A stretch of 64,000 nt of DNA from a virus. The notes below the pieces were generated by a model. It was not told where the DNA came from, did no database searches, and saw only the letters and a list, made by a program, of their open reading frames with translations. The DNA is taken from the IMG/VR virus record IMGVR_UViG_3300025120_006500, positions 2,685-66,684 of that record. One strand, given 5' to 3'. Positions within the stretch are counted from its first letter, which is position 1. Every line of letters starts with the position of its first letter. Made by a program: the position numbers and the translations under genes. This document shows positions 27,580 through 36,930 of this stretch, in pieces.

Positions 27580-29054
27580 AATACTTTTACCTTATATGTT
27601 TCTTCAAATCTGTTAGCATCACTGATATCATTGACCATTGGTTCACCTCGAATATTTAGACTAGTGTTTAATAACATCGGGCATCCAGTCCACTGATACC
27701 AAGCTTCTAGTAATTTTCTTATACCACTAGGACAATCTTTACCGACTGTTTGTACACGACTAGTTCCGTCTTTATGTACAATCGCTGGAAATTTTCCTGG
27801 ATGTATACAACGACCTACGGCCTGCATATAAGGACTTGATTTAAATCCAATTGGCATATCAAAATAATCACTAACAAGTTCTTCTAGTATGACCGGAGCA
27901 AATGGACGGAATTTTTGTCTATGTTTAATTTGATTTACTTGGTCTTTAATATCTTTACCGCGAGGGTCTGCTAGTAATGATCTATTACCTAAAGCACGAG
28001 GACCGAACTCTGCACGACCATTTGCTACTCCTACTATTTTGTTTGTTACTAATTCATTTAGTAATTCTTTAACAGGATATTCCCCAAATATATCTGTACC
28101 TAAATAAGGACCTTGCCAATTTAATTTCTTACCATAACTTAATGCGGCCGCACCTAAACTTGATCCAGCATCACCTGGATTAGGCATAATCCAAATATTG
28201 TTAAAGTATGCACCTAGATGTTCATTGGCTAGACAATTAAGTGCAACTCCTCCCATATACACTAAATTTTTACTTTTACCTAGTTCGTCTGCACGTAACA
28301 TTATTTGATGCAAACAGGTTTCTAATGTCCATTGTGCAGAAGCGGCTACATCAAAGTTGATCATTTCGGGCATCCAGTCCTGACATCCAATGTGTAAGTT
28401 TTCTTTGAATCTTATGTCCTTGGCACTCTCTAAGAAATGTCCCCAGGTGTTTGCATCGTATTTCCCATATGCCGCCATACCCATTAAGATATATTCTTCA
28501 TCCATTGGTAAAAGTCCTGCACGTTGAGTCATTGCTGAATAAAACATACCTAGGCTGTGCGGATATTTTTGACTCCACAACTTTTTGTATTTGGCATAAC
28601 CATTGCTATCATAGGTGGCGTCCCATATGGATATAGTATCCCATTCTCCTATTGCATCAATAACAACTACTGTTGCATCATCATATGGTGATGTTTGAAA
28701 TCCGCTAGCGGCGTGTGATAAATGATGGCTATGATGTTTTACTGGAATATTTTTTAGATTTGCCCATGGTGCTATTCTATCTAGCATTGAACTTACTGAT
28801 TCAAAGTTAAAGGCATCTCGATATTGTCCAGCATATAGTTGCCTAGTCTTTTTTAACCATGGACGTTCGTAGTAAGCAATCTGATCAGGACGACCGGTTT
28901 GAGTAATGCAATCGCTGAGTAACTTAGTATTCAGCTGACTATCGTGTTTGTTTTTACTGTATCGTTCCGAATGAGCGGCAAATAAAATTTTATCATTACT
29001 AATAAAACTTATCCCTGCATCATGAAACCCAGCCGATATTCCTAATATGTTCAT
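27567..29054 (-). CDS. O-carbamoyltransferase, NodU/CmcH family
   Basis: HDAG, ERYS, HHLSHA, EFGPRALGNRS, RPFAP and LNTSLN. Confidence 0.95.
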   Translation of the reverse strand: MNILGISAGFHDAGISFISNDKILFAAHSERYSKNKHDSQLNTKLLSDCITQTGRPDQIAYYERPWLKKTRQLYAGQYRDAFNFESVSSMLDRIAPWANLKNIPVKHHSHHLSHAASGFQTSPYDDATVVVIDAIGEWDTISIWDATYDSNGYAKYKKLWSQKYPHSLGMFYSAMTQRAGLLPMDEEYILMGMAAYGKYDANTWGHFLESAKDIRFKENLHIGCQDWMPEMINFDVAASAQWTLETCLHQIMLRADELGKSKNLVYMGGVALNCLANEHLGAYFNNIWIMPNPGDAGSSLGAAALSYGKKLNWQGPYLGTDIFGEYPVKELLNELVTNKIVGVANGRAEFGPRALGNRSLLADPRGKDIKDQVNQIKHRQKFRPFAPVILEELVSDYFDMPIGFKSSPYMQAVGRCIHPGKFPAIVHKDGTSRVQTVGKDCPSGIRKLLEAWYQWTGCPMLLNTSLNIRGEPMVNDISDANRFEETYKVKVLCGY

Positions 29055-29691
29055 TGATTGTCTCTGCTATCCGTTGATGTCCTAGCTCAAGTGGATGACC
29101 ACCTGGACCTTTTGGGCAATCACCTTGCCACGTTAATATACCTTCTGTTGGCCAACCTAAGAAATAATCTTGATCAATTTGGTCGACTAAATGACTGTTA
29201 CGTGCTATTCTTGCTTGTGCATTAGGATATAAATCTGTCCACATATCAAATGTGTTTACAAATAGATATTTTTGATTACGTGACTTAAGAAATTCTTGTA
29301 TTAGTACTACGTTCTGCAGATATTTCTGATAATCAAAATCTAAATCTTGTGCATACTTAAAATAATTTACTGCCCAAGAAAAGTTAGGTTCATTATTCCA
29401 CTTTGGCCCTGCACTTGTTGTTATCCCCTCGCCGTTCCAGCCTTGACCTATATCGCCATCTTTAATCATAAATCTTTCGATGTATGTCCAAGCTATAATT
29501 ACTATGTCATACTCTTTATCAATCTCTTCTAGTAGAGTTCTAATAATTCTATCGTTACTACCACCACTCTTAGCTAGGTTTACAAGATCCCAACCATTTT
29601 CTTTACATAGTTGACTTGGCCAACTTTGAGTCATTCGATCATCTAGTTCATCACCGTAAGTAAAACTACATCCTAATGTTAGTAGTTTCAT
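29020..29691 (-). CDS. SGNH/GDSL-like protein
   Basis: GCSFTYG, NLAKSGGSN and C-terminal GGHP...GH. Confidence 0.7.
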   Translation of the reverse strand: MKLLTLGCSFTYGDELDDRMTQSWPSQLCKENGWDLVNLAKSGGSNDRIIRTLLEEIDKEYDIVIIAWTYIERFMIKDGDIGQGWNGEGITTSAGPKWNNEPNFSWAVNYFKYAQDLDFDYQKYLQNVVLIQEFLKSRNQKYLFVNTFDMWTDLYPNAQARIARNSHLVDQIDQDYFLGWPTEGILTWQGDCPKGPGGHPLELGHQRIAETINEHIRNIGWVS

Positions 29692-29789
29692 TTGTAAATA
29701 AAAGGGTCTCTTTTTTTAAGAGCCTTTAACTTTTTTCGATAAGATATTTCTAACTTGATACGTTTGTAAATTCTTTTTAACCATTGCAT
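29688..29789 (-). CDS. 33-aa basic peptide ending DPFIYK (not in ORF track)
   Basis: TAAGGAG SD; MQWLKRIYKRIKLEISYRKKLKALKKRDPFIYK; ATGA overlap with the next gene. Confidence 0.7.
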   Translation of the reverse strand: MQWLKRIYKRIKLEISYRKKLKALKKRDPFIYK

Positions 29790-30366
29790 CGAATCTCTCC
29801 TTAATTAAATCTGCGGCATCTTGATGTGCTTGTTCTAACGGATGACTATCTGGACCTATACTGTACTTATTTTCTACTGCCCATTGGTAAAAGCCTCTTG
29901 GTGTTGTTGTTTGACTACTTACAGGCCGATCGGGCATAACAGTTCCTGATGGAAACATAAACCAACTATCGTAATCTATTGCAGGATTGTTTGTAATTAT
30001 GCAATTATCAACGCAGGTAAACACGTATGGAATAGCAAGATCTACTAAGTGTTTCTGGAGACTAAGTATCCAATGATCACTATCTATGTCATTGTCTCTA
30101 GCTTGCCAAGTCCAACATACCATTACTGCACTAGTATCTTGTGTTACTGCTTTTATAACCCTGTCGTGTATCTCATTATTTCCAATTCCTGGATATGCTG
30201 TACAGACATATCTATCAGTAGATACTAGTGCCTGTAGTGATACAGCTGAGCTAGTAGATAACAATGCAGGAAATGTCTGCATACTGTATCCATTAGGTCC
30301 ACCGTGTGGGCAATCAGCTAGCTCACTACCCCAAATAAAACTGTCACCACCGGATACTAAAATCAT
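29716..30366 (-). CDS. SGNH/GDSL-like protein
   Basis: GDSFIWG, PGIGN and DSHP...AH. Confidence 0.7.
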   Translation of the reverse strand: MILVSGGDSFIWGSELADCPHGGPNGYSMQTFPALLSTSSAVSLQALVSTDRYVCTAYPGIGNNEIHDRVIKAVTQDTSAVMVCWTWQARDNDIDSDHWILSLQKHLVDLAIPYVFTCVDNCIITNNPAIDYDSWFMFPSGTVMPDRPVSSQTTTPRGFYQWAVENKYSIGPDSHPLEQAHQDAADLIKERFDAMVKKNLQTYQVRNILSKKVKGS

Positions 30367-31574
30367 TGTGTCGATGACACCGTACTGCTATAGTTGTATC
30401 CATCTTGCATTTTAGCAATTTGTTGTTCTTTATAATCAAGATCAGTCCAGCAATAATTATATTCGTTAGTAATTGTATCTTTCCATTCTGGAACCAGTAT
30501 AGAAATACTATAGATATCTAAATATCTACCTAATATTTTTCTAACTTCAATTGGATCCATATTATTCATATCTTGACCATTATATAGATCGTCGAATCGA
30601 ACCTGCCCTATAGGAGCATAACCTAAACTTAGCATTTTGTTATCTGGATCGTAATTATTTTTTATTAGCCACTCACGAAATTCCTTTTGTTCTTGGTCGT
30701 GCCATGGTGTAGATGGATTGCCTGCAACTACGTTATTTCCCCATTCTATATTAAATTCCCCACTAAAGTATTCTTGATGTGTTATTGCTTCACACATTGC
30801 TTGATCTAGATCAGGAGCATTTTCGTCTCTGAATACTTCAAACAGAGTTTTTCCTAGTTGTGGCCAATGTAAGTACACTATGCCAAATTCTCTATCGTAT
30901 CCATTTTCTAGAAACACTTCTCTCATTTCGTCTGTTAGCGTAATTCTAGGTGCTTGAAGGAATGTAGTTATTTGACTACTACGCACCCATTCGGGACTAG
31001 TTTCTTGCTTACGTAAACTTAACATTAAACTTTCTAGTTCATGACAGATTATGTTTAACTGCCTTATAGCATATTTGGTATCATGGTCTGCTACTCGATA
31101 GTATTCACTAAGATTACCTACTGTTCCTTGTAGTATTTCAAAATGGTTGTGTAATTGATTCATTAAATAGTCGCTAGGATCTAACCCGTTACGTATAGTA
31201 TCTTCGGCATATACTTCTTGTATAGTATATTTTAGTTCGTGTTCGTGGAAGAAAGAATTTATTTGATCTACTGCTTTGTTTAGTTCTTGAAGTAGATAAG
31301 GAATATTACGTGCAGTATTTGGAAATCCCATAAAACAAAAGTTCTTTTCTAGATGGTATTTGTTCTGTACTAAATTTACTAGTGCATCACTCCACTCTTG
31401 TACTAGTTCACTGCCTGAGAATGCTTCAATTACATATGTTAATGTATCACTATGATCCAATGGGTTACGTAAAACAATTTTTATTTCTCTTCTTTGCCAA
31501 TGCCCAATCCCAGTATCTCCGCTATACTCATATGTTGTTCCATCTTTCCTAGTTATTGTTTGTGTACCACTCAT
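30363..31574 (-). CDS. Hypothetical protein in the modification operon
   Basis: 403-aa ORF with His-bearing helices (NQLHNHFE, CHELE); family not recognised. Confidence 0.75.
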   Translation of the reverse strand: MSGTQTITRKDGTTYEYSGDTGIGHWQRREIKIVLRNPLDHSDTLTYVIEAFSGSELVQEWSDALVNLVQNKYHLEKNFCFMGFPNTARNIPYLLQELNKAVDQINSFFHEHELKYTIQEVYAEDTIRNGLDPSDYLMNQLHNHFEILQGTVGNLSEYYRVADHDTKYAIRQLNIICHELESLMLSLRKQETSPEWVRSSQITTFLQAPRITLTDEMREVFLENGYDREFGIVYLHWPQLGKTLFEVFRDENAPDLDQAMCEAITHQEYFSGEFNIEWGNNVVAGNPSTPWHDQEQKEFREWLIKNNYDPDNKMLSLGYAPIGQVRFDDLYNGQDMNNMDPIEVRKILGRYLDIYSISILVPEWKDTITNEYNYCWTDLDYKEQQIAKMQDGYNYSSTVSSTQ

Positions 31575-32850
31575 GAACCTCTTTCCTCCCCTGCAGGATA
31601 TTTTCTAGTGTTAATTTATCTTTACGTATATCTTCTAATTGTAACACACGAGCCTTACCTTTTGCAATACCTTTGGTATATTCATCAGGCCATTGCTCTT
31701 GGAAAGTTGGACGTGTTTTTAACTGTTTAAGGGTATCCTGCAATGCACCGGTAGTTTTTGGTACTAGTTCATCGACCCATGGATGTAATATTGATTTTGG
31801 TAATGCTAAAGGACTTAATATGATATCAGGGCTAAAACTAAACACTATCTTAGATAAGATATCCACACCTAGTTCTTGCCCTAGTTCTTGTATTTTGATA
31901 ACTTCAAACATACCCGGAAGAGTAAGAGTGAAGTCTATTCTCATTTGTCGTCTGGACGTAACTCCTCGAAGGCCTTCTTCAAAGTTTTCACGCCACTTCT
32001 TATAGCTAAGACCTGTTCTGATATATTCTCCAATTTCTTCCGTGCCATCGAGGCTTGCACAAATCTGCCAGTCCCGTAGCCTAGATAGAATATCAGTATA
32101 GAGGTTGATACCGCGATAATTGATGCGACTAAGATTTGTGTTGTATCTAGCATAAACATTTTTGCCATCTCCTAATTCAACTATACGTTTCATATACCGC
32201 CAATGTTGTTCATACATTAACGGTTCACCACCTACCCAATACACTTCCTCGATTTGATGGTTCTCCACCGCGGTAGAAAACTCCTGTTCTATCTCAGTGT
32301 CTTGAAACTTTTCGATTTGTTTTTTTATTGTAGGACGCATCCAATTATTTTTTGGATTATCCCAATTGATAGTGTTATGTTTCTTTTGCTCTGTTTCCCA
32401 ACTACTAGATAACATATCACCGCACATACGACACTTAAAATTACAAAGATTACTAAATCGATAATCCCAGCTTACGGGTTTCATGGTTGTATAACCATCT
32501 GCGTCCGTAGTATCCCATATACTATCATACTTATTACTAAACATATTGTTGAAATACGATCTGTATACGTCTGTGTTCAATAGCTTGTGGTTACAAACTT
32601 CACATTCGTCTAAAGTTTCTCCTGCCATCATACGCTTACGCACTGATTTCATATGGTCTGAATTCCAATGTTTTTCTAGTGTTATTGGTTGATATTCACC
32701 ACTGCCGGCTTTGGTATCTATATACTGTTCAAAGCTCTGTGCAGGCTCGCGACTAGCACAACACATTCTACGTTCAGTCTGTGGCGATAGGTAAGTATGA
32801 GTCCACGGAGCCATACATAAATTATTCGGTGTGCTATCTGGTTTACTCAT
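31549..32850 (-). CDS. Twitch/SPASM-like + radical SAM protein (7th in array)
   Basis: CMAPW..CC..CEVC; CNFKCRMC; GGEP; YNTN. Confidence 0.9.
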   Translation of the reverse strand: MSKPDSTPNNLCMAPWTHTYLSPQTERRMCCASREPAQSFEQYIDTKAGSGEYQPITLEKHWNSDHMKSVRKRMMAGETLDECEVCNHKLLNTDVYRSYFNNMFSNKYDSIWDTTDADGYTTMKPVSWDYRFSNLCNFKCRMCGDMLSSSWETEQKKHNTINWDNPKNNWMRPTIKKQIEKFQDTEIEQEFSTAVENHQIEEVYWVGGEPLMYEQHWRYMKRIVELGDGKNVYARYNTNLSRINYRGINLYTDILSRLRDWQICASLDGTEEIGEYIRTGLSYKKWRENFEEGLRGVTSRRQMRIDFTLTLPGMFEVIKIQELGQELGVDILSKIVFSFSPDIILSPLALPKSILHPWVDELVPKTTGALQDTLKQLKTRPTFQEQWPDEYTKGIAKGKARVLQLEDIRKDKLTLENILQGRKEVHEWYTNNN

Positions 32851-34066
32851 ATCCCATTGCCTTAGCTATTTCTTTGTGCGTTATATGCAAACTTTGATCT
32901 CGGTATTGATCAGTTTGTTGCATTTTTTGCAAAAATTCCGTACCATCGGAGCCTTCTCCATTCCGAATAACTTGTACAATACGCAAAATCTCAGCTTTAA
33001 ATCTTGGAGTAAACTGATATTGAGTTAATCTATCTATTACTAGATCCTGTGCTGTTTCGGTCATCCTGCTAATCGACATATGCCATGGATCGTGTAACAT
33101 ATTAAAATGCGTTTGATTAAAATTTTGCGTGCTTATCCAATCACATATTTCTGGTAGATAATAGACATTTTGTACATTAGCTGTCCAACATAATTGTAAT
33201 TGTATCTTTTTATTGTTATTTGCTAACTCAGCAAACTTTGTAATATTTTCCTGTACCTCTTGCCACTTAGCACCATATCGTTCATATTCAAATCGGTCAC
33301 CAGTATTGTCTATGCTTAATGCTATTTCTACAGTTCTAAATCTATTCCATAACTCTACTTTCTCGGGAAACACAGTACCGTTAGTATTGTAATGTATCTC
33401 AATGTTTTCGCTATAGCCTTGTTCAACAGCATATTCTAATAGATCAAAGTGCTGTTTAATAAGGAACGGTTCCCCGCCTGTGAATTCAAAGTATTTGATA
33501 TTAGGTAGTAGTGTTTTTAAGTTATCCCAAAAATCATTGTTCTCGCGAGGCCAAGCACCGTCTTTGAGATATGTAAATGCTAGGTGTTCTTTCCTGTTAT
33601 AGTTTGGATCATCTTTCCATATCTTGTCAACATACGCAACTTCTTCTTTTGCCCATTTCGAGCTTGACCATGATCCACATATACGGCATTTTAAATTACA
33701 TATATTTCCTAATTTTAGATCTAAAAACCATGGGTGTTTTGGATCAGTGTCATGGAAATTAATCTTGTTGTAGTGTTCCTTAAGACGCACTCGACTGTTC
33801 ATACGCTTACTAGTACGTCCCGCGGCTTCCTCTTTCCAACAACTTTTACAGGTTTCAGGTTTATTGCCTGCTAGGAAGTCTTTCCTAAGATCTTGCATAT
33901 AGCCACTCTGGAATGCCTCTTCTAGAGTATTTTGTTTAAGACTATACTTGTTACCATCTGATTTACTTATTTCTTCTTGTGCCAGACAGCAGGGGCGTAC
34001 AGTGCCTGTCGGTGAAGCTTCAACAGACGTCCATGGTAACATACATATTTTATCCGGTAGTGACAT
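32843..34066 (-). CDS. Twitch/SPASM-like + radical SAM protein (6th in array)
   Basis: CMLPW..PCC..CKSC; CNLKCRIC; GGEP. Confidence 0.9.
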   Translation of the reverse strand: MSLPDKICMLPWTSVEASPTGTVRPCCLAQEEISKSDGNKYSLKQNTLEEAFQSGYMQDLRKDFLAGNKPETCKSCWKEEAAGRTSKRMNSRVRLKEHYNKINFHDTDPKHPWFLDLKLGNICNLKCRICGSWSSSKWAKEEVAYVDKIWKDDPNYNRKEHLAFTYLKDGAWPRENNDFWDNLKTLLPNIKYFEFTGGEPFLIKQHFDLLEYAVEQGYSENIEIHYNTNGTVFPEKVELWNRFRTVEIALSIDNTGDRFEYERYGAKWQEVQENITKFAELANNNKKIQLQLCWTANVQNVYYLPEICDWISTQNFNQTHFNMLHDPWHMSISRMTETAQDLVIDRLTQYQFTPRFKAEILRIVQVIRNGEGSDGTEFLQKMQQTDQYRDQSLHITHKEIAKAMGYE

Positions 34067-35372
34067 ACGACCTTAAGTCCTTGTATTCAGGGAATGTATC
34101 TTCAAACAGTTCTTTTCTATAGTCATCGTGCTTGTCGTTTACTTCTATAAAATTGTGTAGCAGAGTTTGTTTATCTTGATTTTCCATAAATGTTAATATG
34201 CTTTCATACCCAACAACAGCACGATTTAAATGATCCAATGGTCTTAACCATTCGATATGTTCTAGTATCTTTTCTTTTACTTGTTCTTTATAAATCTTTG
34301 GTAGCACGTCAATTCTATCTCTATCTGGACCTTGCAAGATATTAATATTCCAATCTTGTGCTTTAATTAGCCCACGATTGACCCAGTCACGATGAAAGTC
34401 CATTACGTGTAGGGCATTGTAAATACTAACAGTACTGCTAACATAAAAGTCTGTGTCAGGACATTCTCGTAACATACGTTCTCTGTTGCTAACAGTTTTA
34501 CTCCACTCAGTACCTTTACGTATATATTCTGCTCTAGCACCCATAGCGTCTAGACTAGCACCCACTGATACTGAATTAAATTTTTGCCAGTATTCAAAAA
34601 CGTGTTTGTCTTTTAGTCTAAGTTTACTAAAATTAGTATTATAAATTAATCTTACATCAAATAGTTTTTGTCTTTCTAATTCATCTAATAGGCGATAGTG
34701 TTCTTCCATTATCAAAGGTTCACCACCAGCAAAGTATACTTGTTCTAGATAAGGAATGTGTTCTTGTAATTGATTCCACATATCTTCTTTATCTTTTCCA
34801 GCAAACATAAACTTAGGATACTCACGCTTACCATACAGATCTGTTTCTTCATCGTGCCAACTACTTGAAAACCAACCACCGCAAGTCCTACAGCTCATAT
34901 TACATAAGTTACTAAATCTAATATCATAGTAACGTAGTTTGAAATCATCAAAGGTCCCATCTGGCTTAGTATCATCAACTAATGCTATATGCTGTCCAAA
35001 GTTTTTGTTAGTTGAATTACGCATACTAACAAAACCCATATCTTCTTGTTCATAACACTTGGTACACTCTTTACAGCTCTTTTCTTCAAGCATATTTTTA
35101 CGCATAGTTTTATATGCGTCATCATTCCATACTTCTCGAATAGTATTTTTATGTAAGTCACCGATAGGATGACTACTATCAGCAAGACAGCAAGGAAATG
35201 CTTTTCCGTTAGGAAATGCGTGTACGTGTATCCAGGGTATCATACAGAATGTTTTACTTTTAACCAGACGTTCCAATTGGTCAGGTCGTAGTTTATCTTC
35301 TGCTATATAAACAGGTTTACGATCATGATACTCATGATTTTTATAGTAGTCTTCTGCTTCTTTGTCGCTCAT
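34050..35372 (-). CDS. Twitch/SPASM-like + radical SAM protein (5th in array)
   Basis: CMIPW..PCC..IGDL..CTKC; CNMSCRTC; GGEP. Confidence 0.9.
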   Translation of the reverse strand: MSDKEAEDYYKNHEYHDRKPVYIAEDKLRPDQLERLVKSKTFCMIPWIHVHAFPNGKAFPCCLADSSHPIGDLHKNTIREVWNDDAYKTMRKNMLEEKSCKECTKCYEQEDMGFVSMRNSTNKNFGQHIALVDDTKPDGTFDDFKLRYYDIRFSNLCNMSCRTCGGWFSSSWHDEETDLYGKREYPKFMFAGKDKEDMWNQLQEHIPYLEQVYFAGGEPLIMEEHYRLLDELERQKLFDVRLIYNTNFSKLRLKDKHVFEYWQKFNSVSVGASLDAMGARAEYIRKGTEWSKTVSNRERMLRECPDTDFYVSSTVSIYNALHVMDFHRDWVNRGLIKAQDWNINILQGPDRDRIDVLPKIYKEQVKEKILEHIEWLRPLDHLNRAVVGYESILTFMENQDKQTLLHNFIEVNDKHDDYRKELFEDTFPEYKDLRSYVTTG

Positions 35373-35536
35373 TTAAACTTCCTGTCTATCCATTTCTTAC
35401 CTACATATAACACAGCCACAACAATAACAATAGTACCAAGTAAGACTGCTTCTGACAATAAGTCTCCTTGACTGCTATCTATTTCAACACCATCTGTGCT
35501 TATTGCAATACGTTGTGTACTTAGTTCTCCGCTCAT
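35369..35536 (-). CDS. 55-aa single-TM peptide inside the radical SAM array (not in ORF track)
   Basis: MSGELSTQRIAISTDGVEIDSSQGDLLSEAVLLGTIVIVVAVLYVGKKWIDRKFK; ATGA overlaps at both ends. Confidence 0.75.
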   Translation of the reverse strand: MSGELSTQRIAISTDGVEIDSSQGDLLSEAVLLGTIVIVVAVLYVGKKWIDRKFK

Positions 35537-36930
35537 AATGTATTATACCATTCTGTTAATTTAGGAAATATTTCTGTAAAATTTTTATCTCGACGTAGAT
35601 CATATTGTTGAAAGAAACTTTTAAAATCTTTTCTTAATCCACTTATATTAATATCTTCAGCTAGGTCGCTAAACTCTAGATTATGCTCCCCTCTATGAGG
35701 CTCTTTAATGTCTTTAAGATAGTTTGCAAATCTTGTTATTATTGCAATCTCATTCTTATTGAATACCGAACTGTTATTAACAAAATTACTTATATCTAGA
35801 CTCAGCTGATTCCTTACAGTTTGAGGTAACACTACTACATTCTGGAACGTTGGAAATCTAACTATGTTTATATACAAACTATAAAAATCTGCACCATACT
35901 TTTTCTTTTGCACTTCTAGCCATTCTAGAAACTTAACAAAGCCAGTAGCACCTAATGCTCCCATTGTTGTTAATACTTCAACCTGAGTAAATAAATTACT
36001 TTTAGCAACAGACTCCATATTAGTTTCCCATTGTGACCAATTAAATCCATCTCTAATATAATCTCCTGTTGCTCCGATACTTTCCCCACTTACTGCTAAT
36101 ATTACCCGAGGCTTAATTTGTTTTACTTTATCGAATAACTTTTCTAACACACTGTTGTCGTATGCAAGATTTGTTGTAATATGTATCTGTTGTAAACTAC
36201 AGTCAGGGTTATCAATTAACCAATCTAAAAACTTCCAGGTATATCCTGACATCATCGGCTCACCACCTGTTAGTCGAAGTATCCTTAAATTATCTTTAAG
36301 ACTCTTTTCCCACCAGTCAAAAAACGCATCGGCATAAGGATTACTCTCATTAATTTTAAATTTTATCCTATCGTCGGCAGTTGATTTATAAAGGTCTCTA
36401 TCATCTGTAGTTATATTTTCATATGCTCCATGATTCCTTATGTCTCTTGCCCAACTACTACTTACTTCTGGACAACAATAGCTACAGGCCAATTGGCAGG
36501 TTCTGTCAAATGATACTTCAAGTACCCTGGGATCAATTATATCAGTTTTAGATTCCCATACATCATCTAGAGTTTTCCAGTTTTGAGCTTCATCCTCAGG
36601 ATCACTGTTGCTACTATACACAACTCTGTCTGGTATTCCTCCACTATCTTCTATAACCCAACAATATTGACACCCTTCAGGTCTTTTATCTTCTCGCATT
36701 AACTGTCTTTCTTTAATTTTCTGGTCAGTTGAATTTAATCTACCAGGGTCTTGCTTTGCTTGGTCAAGGTCTATAGGGTGTGGTGGATTATGGTGACAGC
36801 TAGCTGTTGTGCCATTATACAACCATATGGAAGATGTTAACCATTTAGCACCACAGAAAGTTTTACTCTTGGTATCGAGATGTTCTTTTTTCCAGAGTAT
36901 AATCTCTTGTTCGGTTACCTGCTGTTTCAT
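35533..36930 (-). CDS. Twitch/SPASM-like + radical SAM protein (4th in array)
   Basis: CGAKW..SCHH..CQYCW; CQLACSYC; GGEP; start at MKQQVT via ATGA overlap. Confidence 0.9.
   Translation of the reverse strand: MKQQVTEQEIILWKKEHLDTKSKTFCGAKWLTSSIWLYNGTTASCHHNPPHPIDLDQAKQDPGRLNSTDQKIKERQLMREDKRPEGCQYCWVIEDSGGIPDRVVYSSNSDPEDEAQNWKTLDDVWESKTDIIDPRVLEVSFDRTCQLACSYCCPEVSSSWARDIRNHGAYENITTDDRDLYKSTADDRIKFKINESNPYADAFFDWWEKSLKDNLRILRLTGGEPMMSGYTWKFLDWLIDNPDCSLQQIHITTNLAYDNSVLEKLFDKVKQIKPRVILAVSGESIGATGDYIRDGFNWSQWETNMESVAKSNLFTQVEVLTTMGALGATGFVKFLEWLEVQKKKYGADFYSLYINIVRFPTFQNVVVLPQTVRNQLSLDISNFVNNSSVFNKNEIAIITRFANYLKDIKEPHRGEHNLEFSDLAEDINISGLRKDFKSFFQQYDLRRDKNFTEIFPKLTEWYNTL

Noticed and set aside
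27157-30366. Saxitoxin-like biosynthesis (sxtI/K/L/O resemblance)
   Set aside because: No sxtA-type PKS, amidinotransferase or other core genes; only the generic carbamoylation module is similar.
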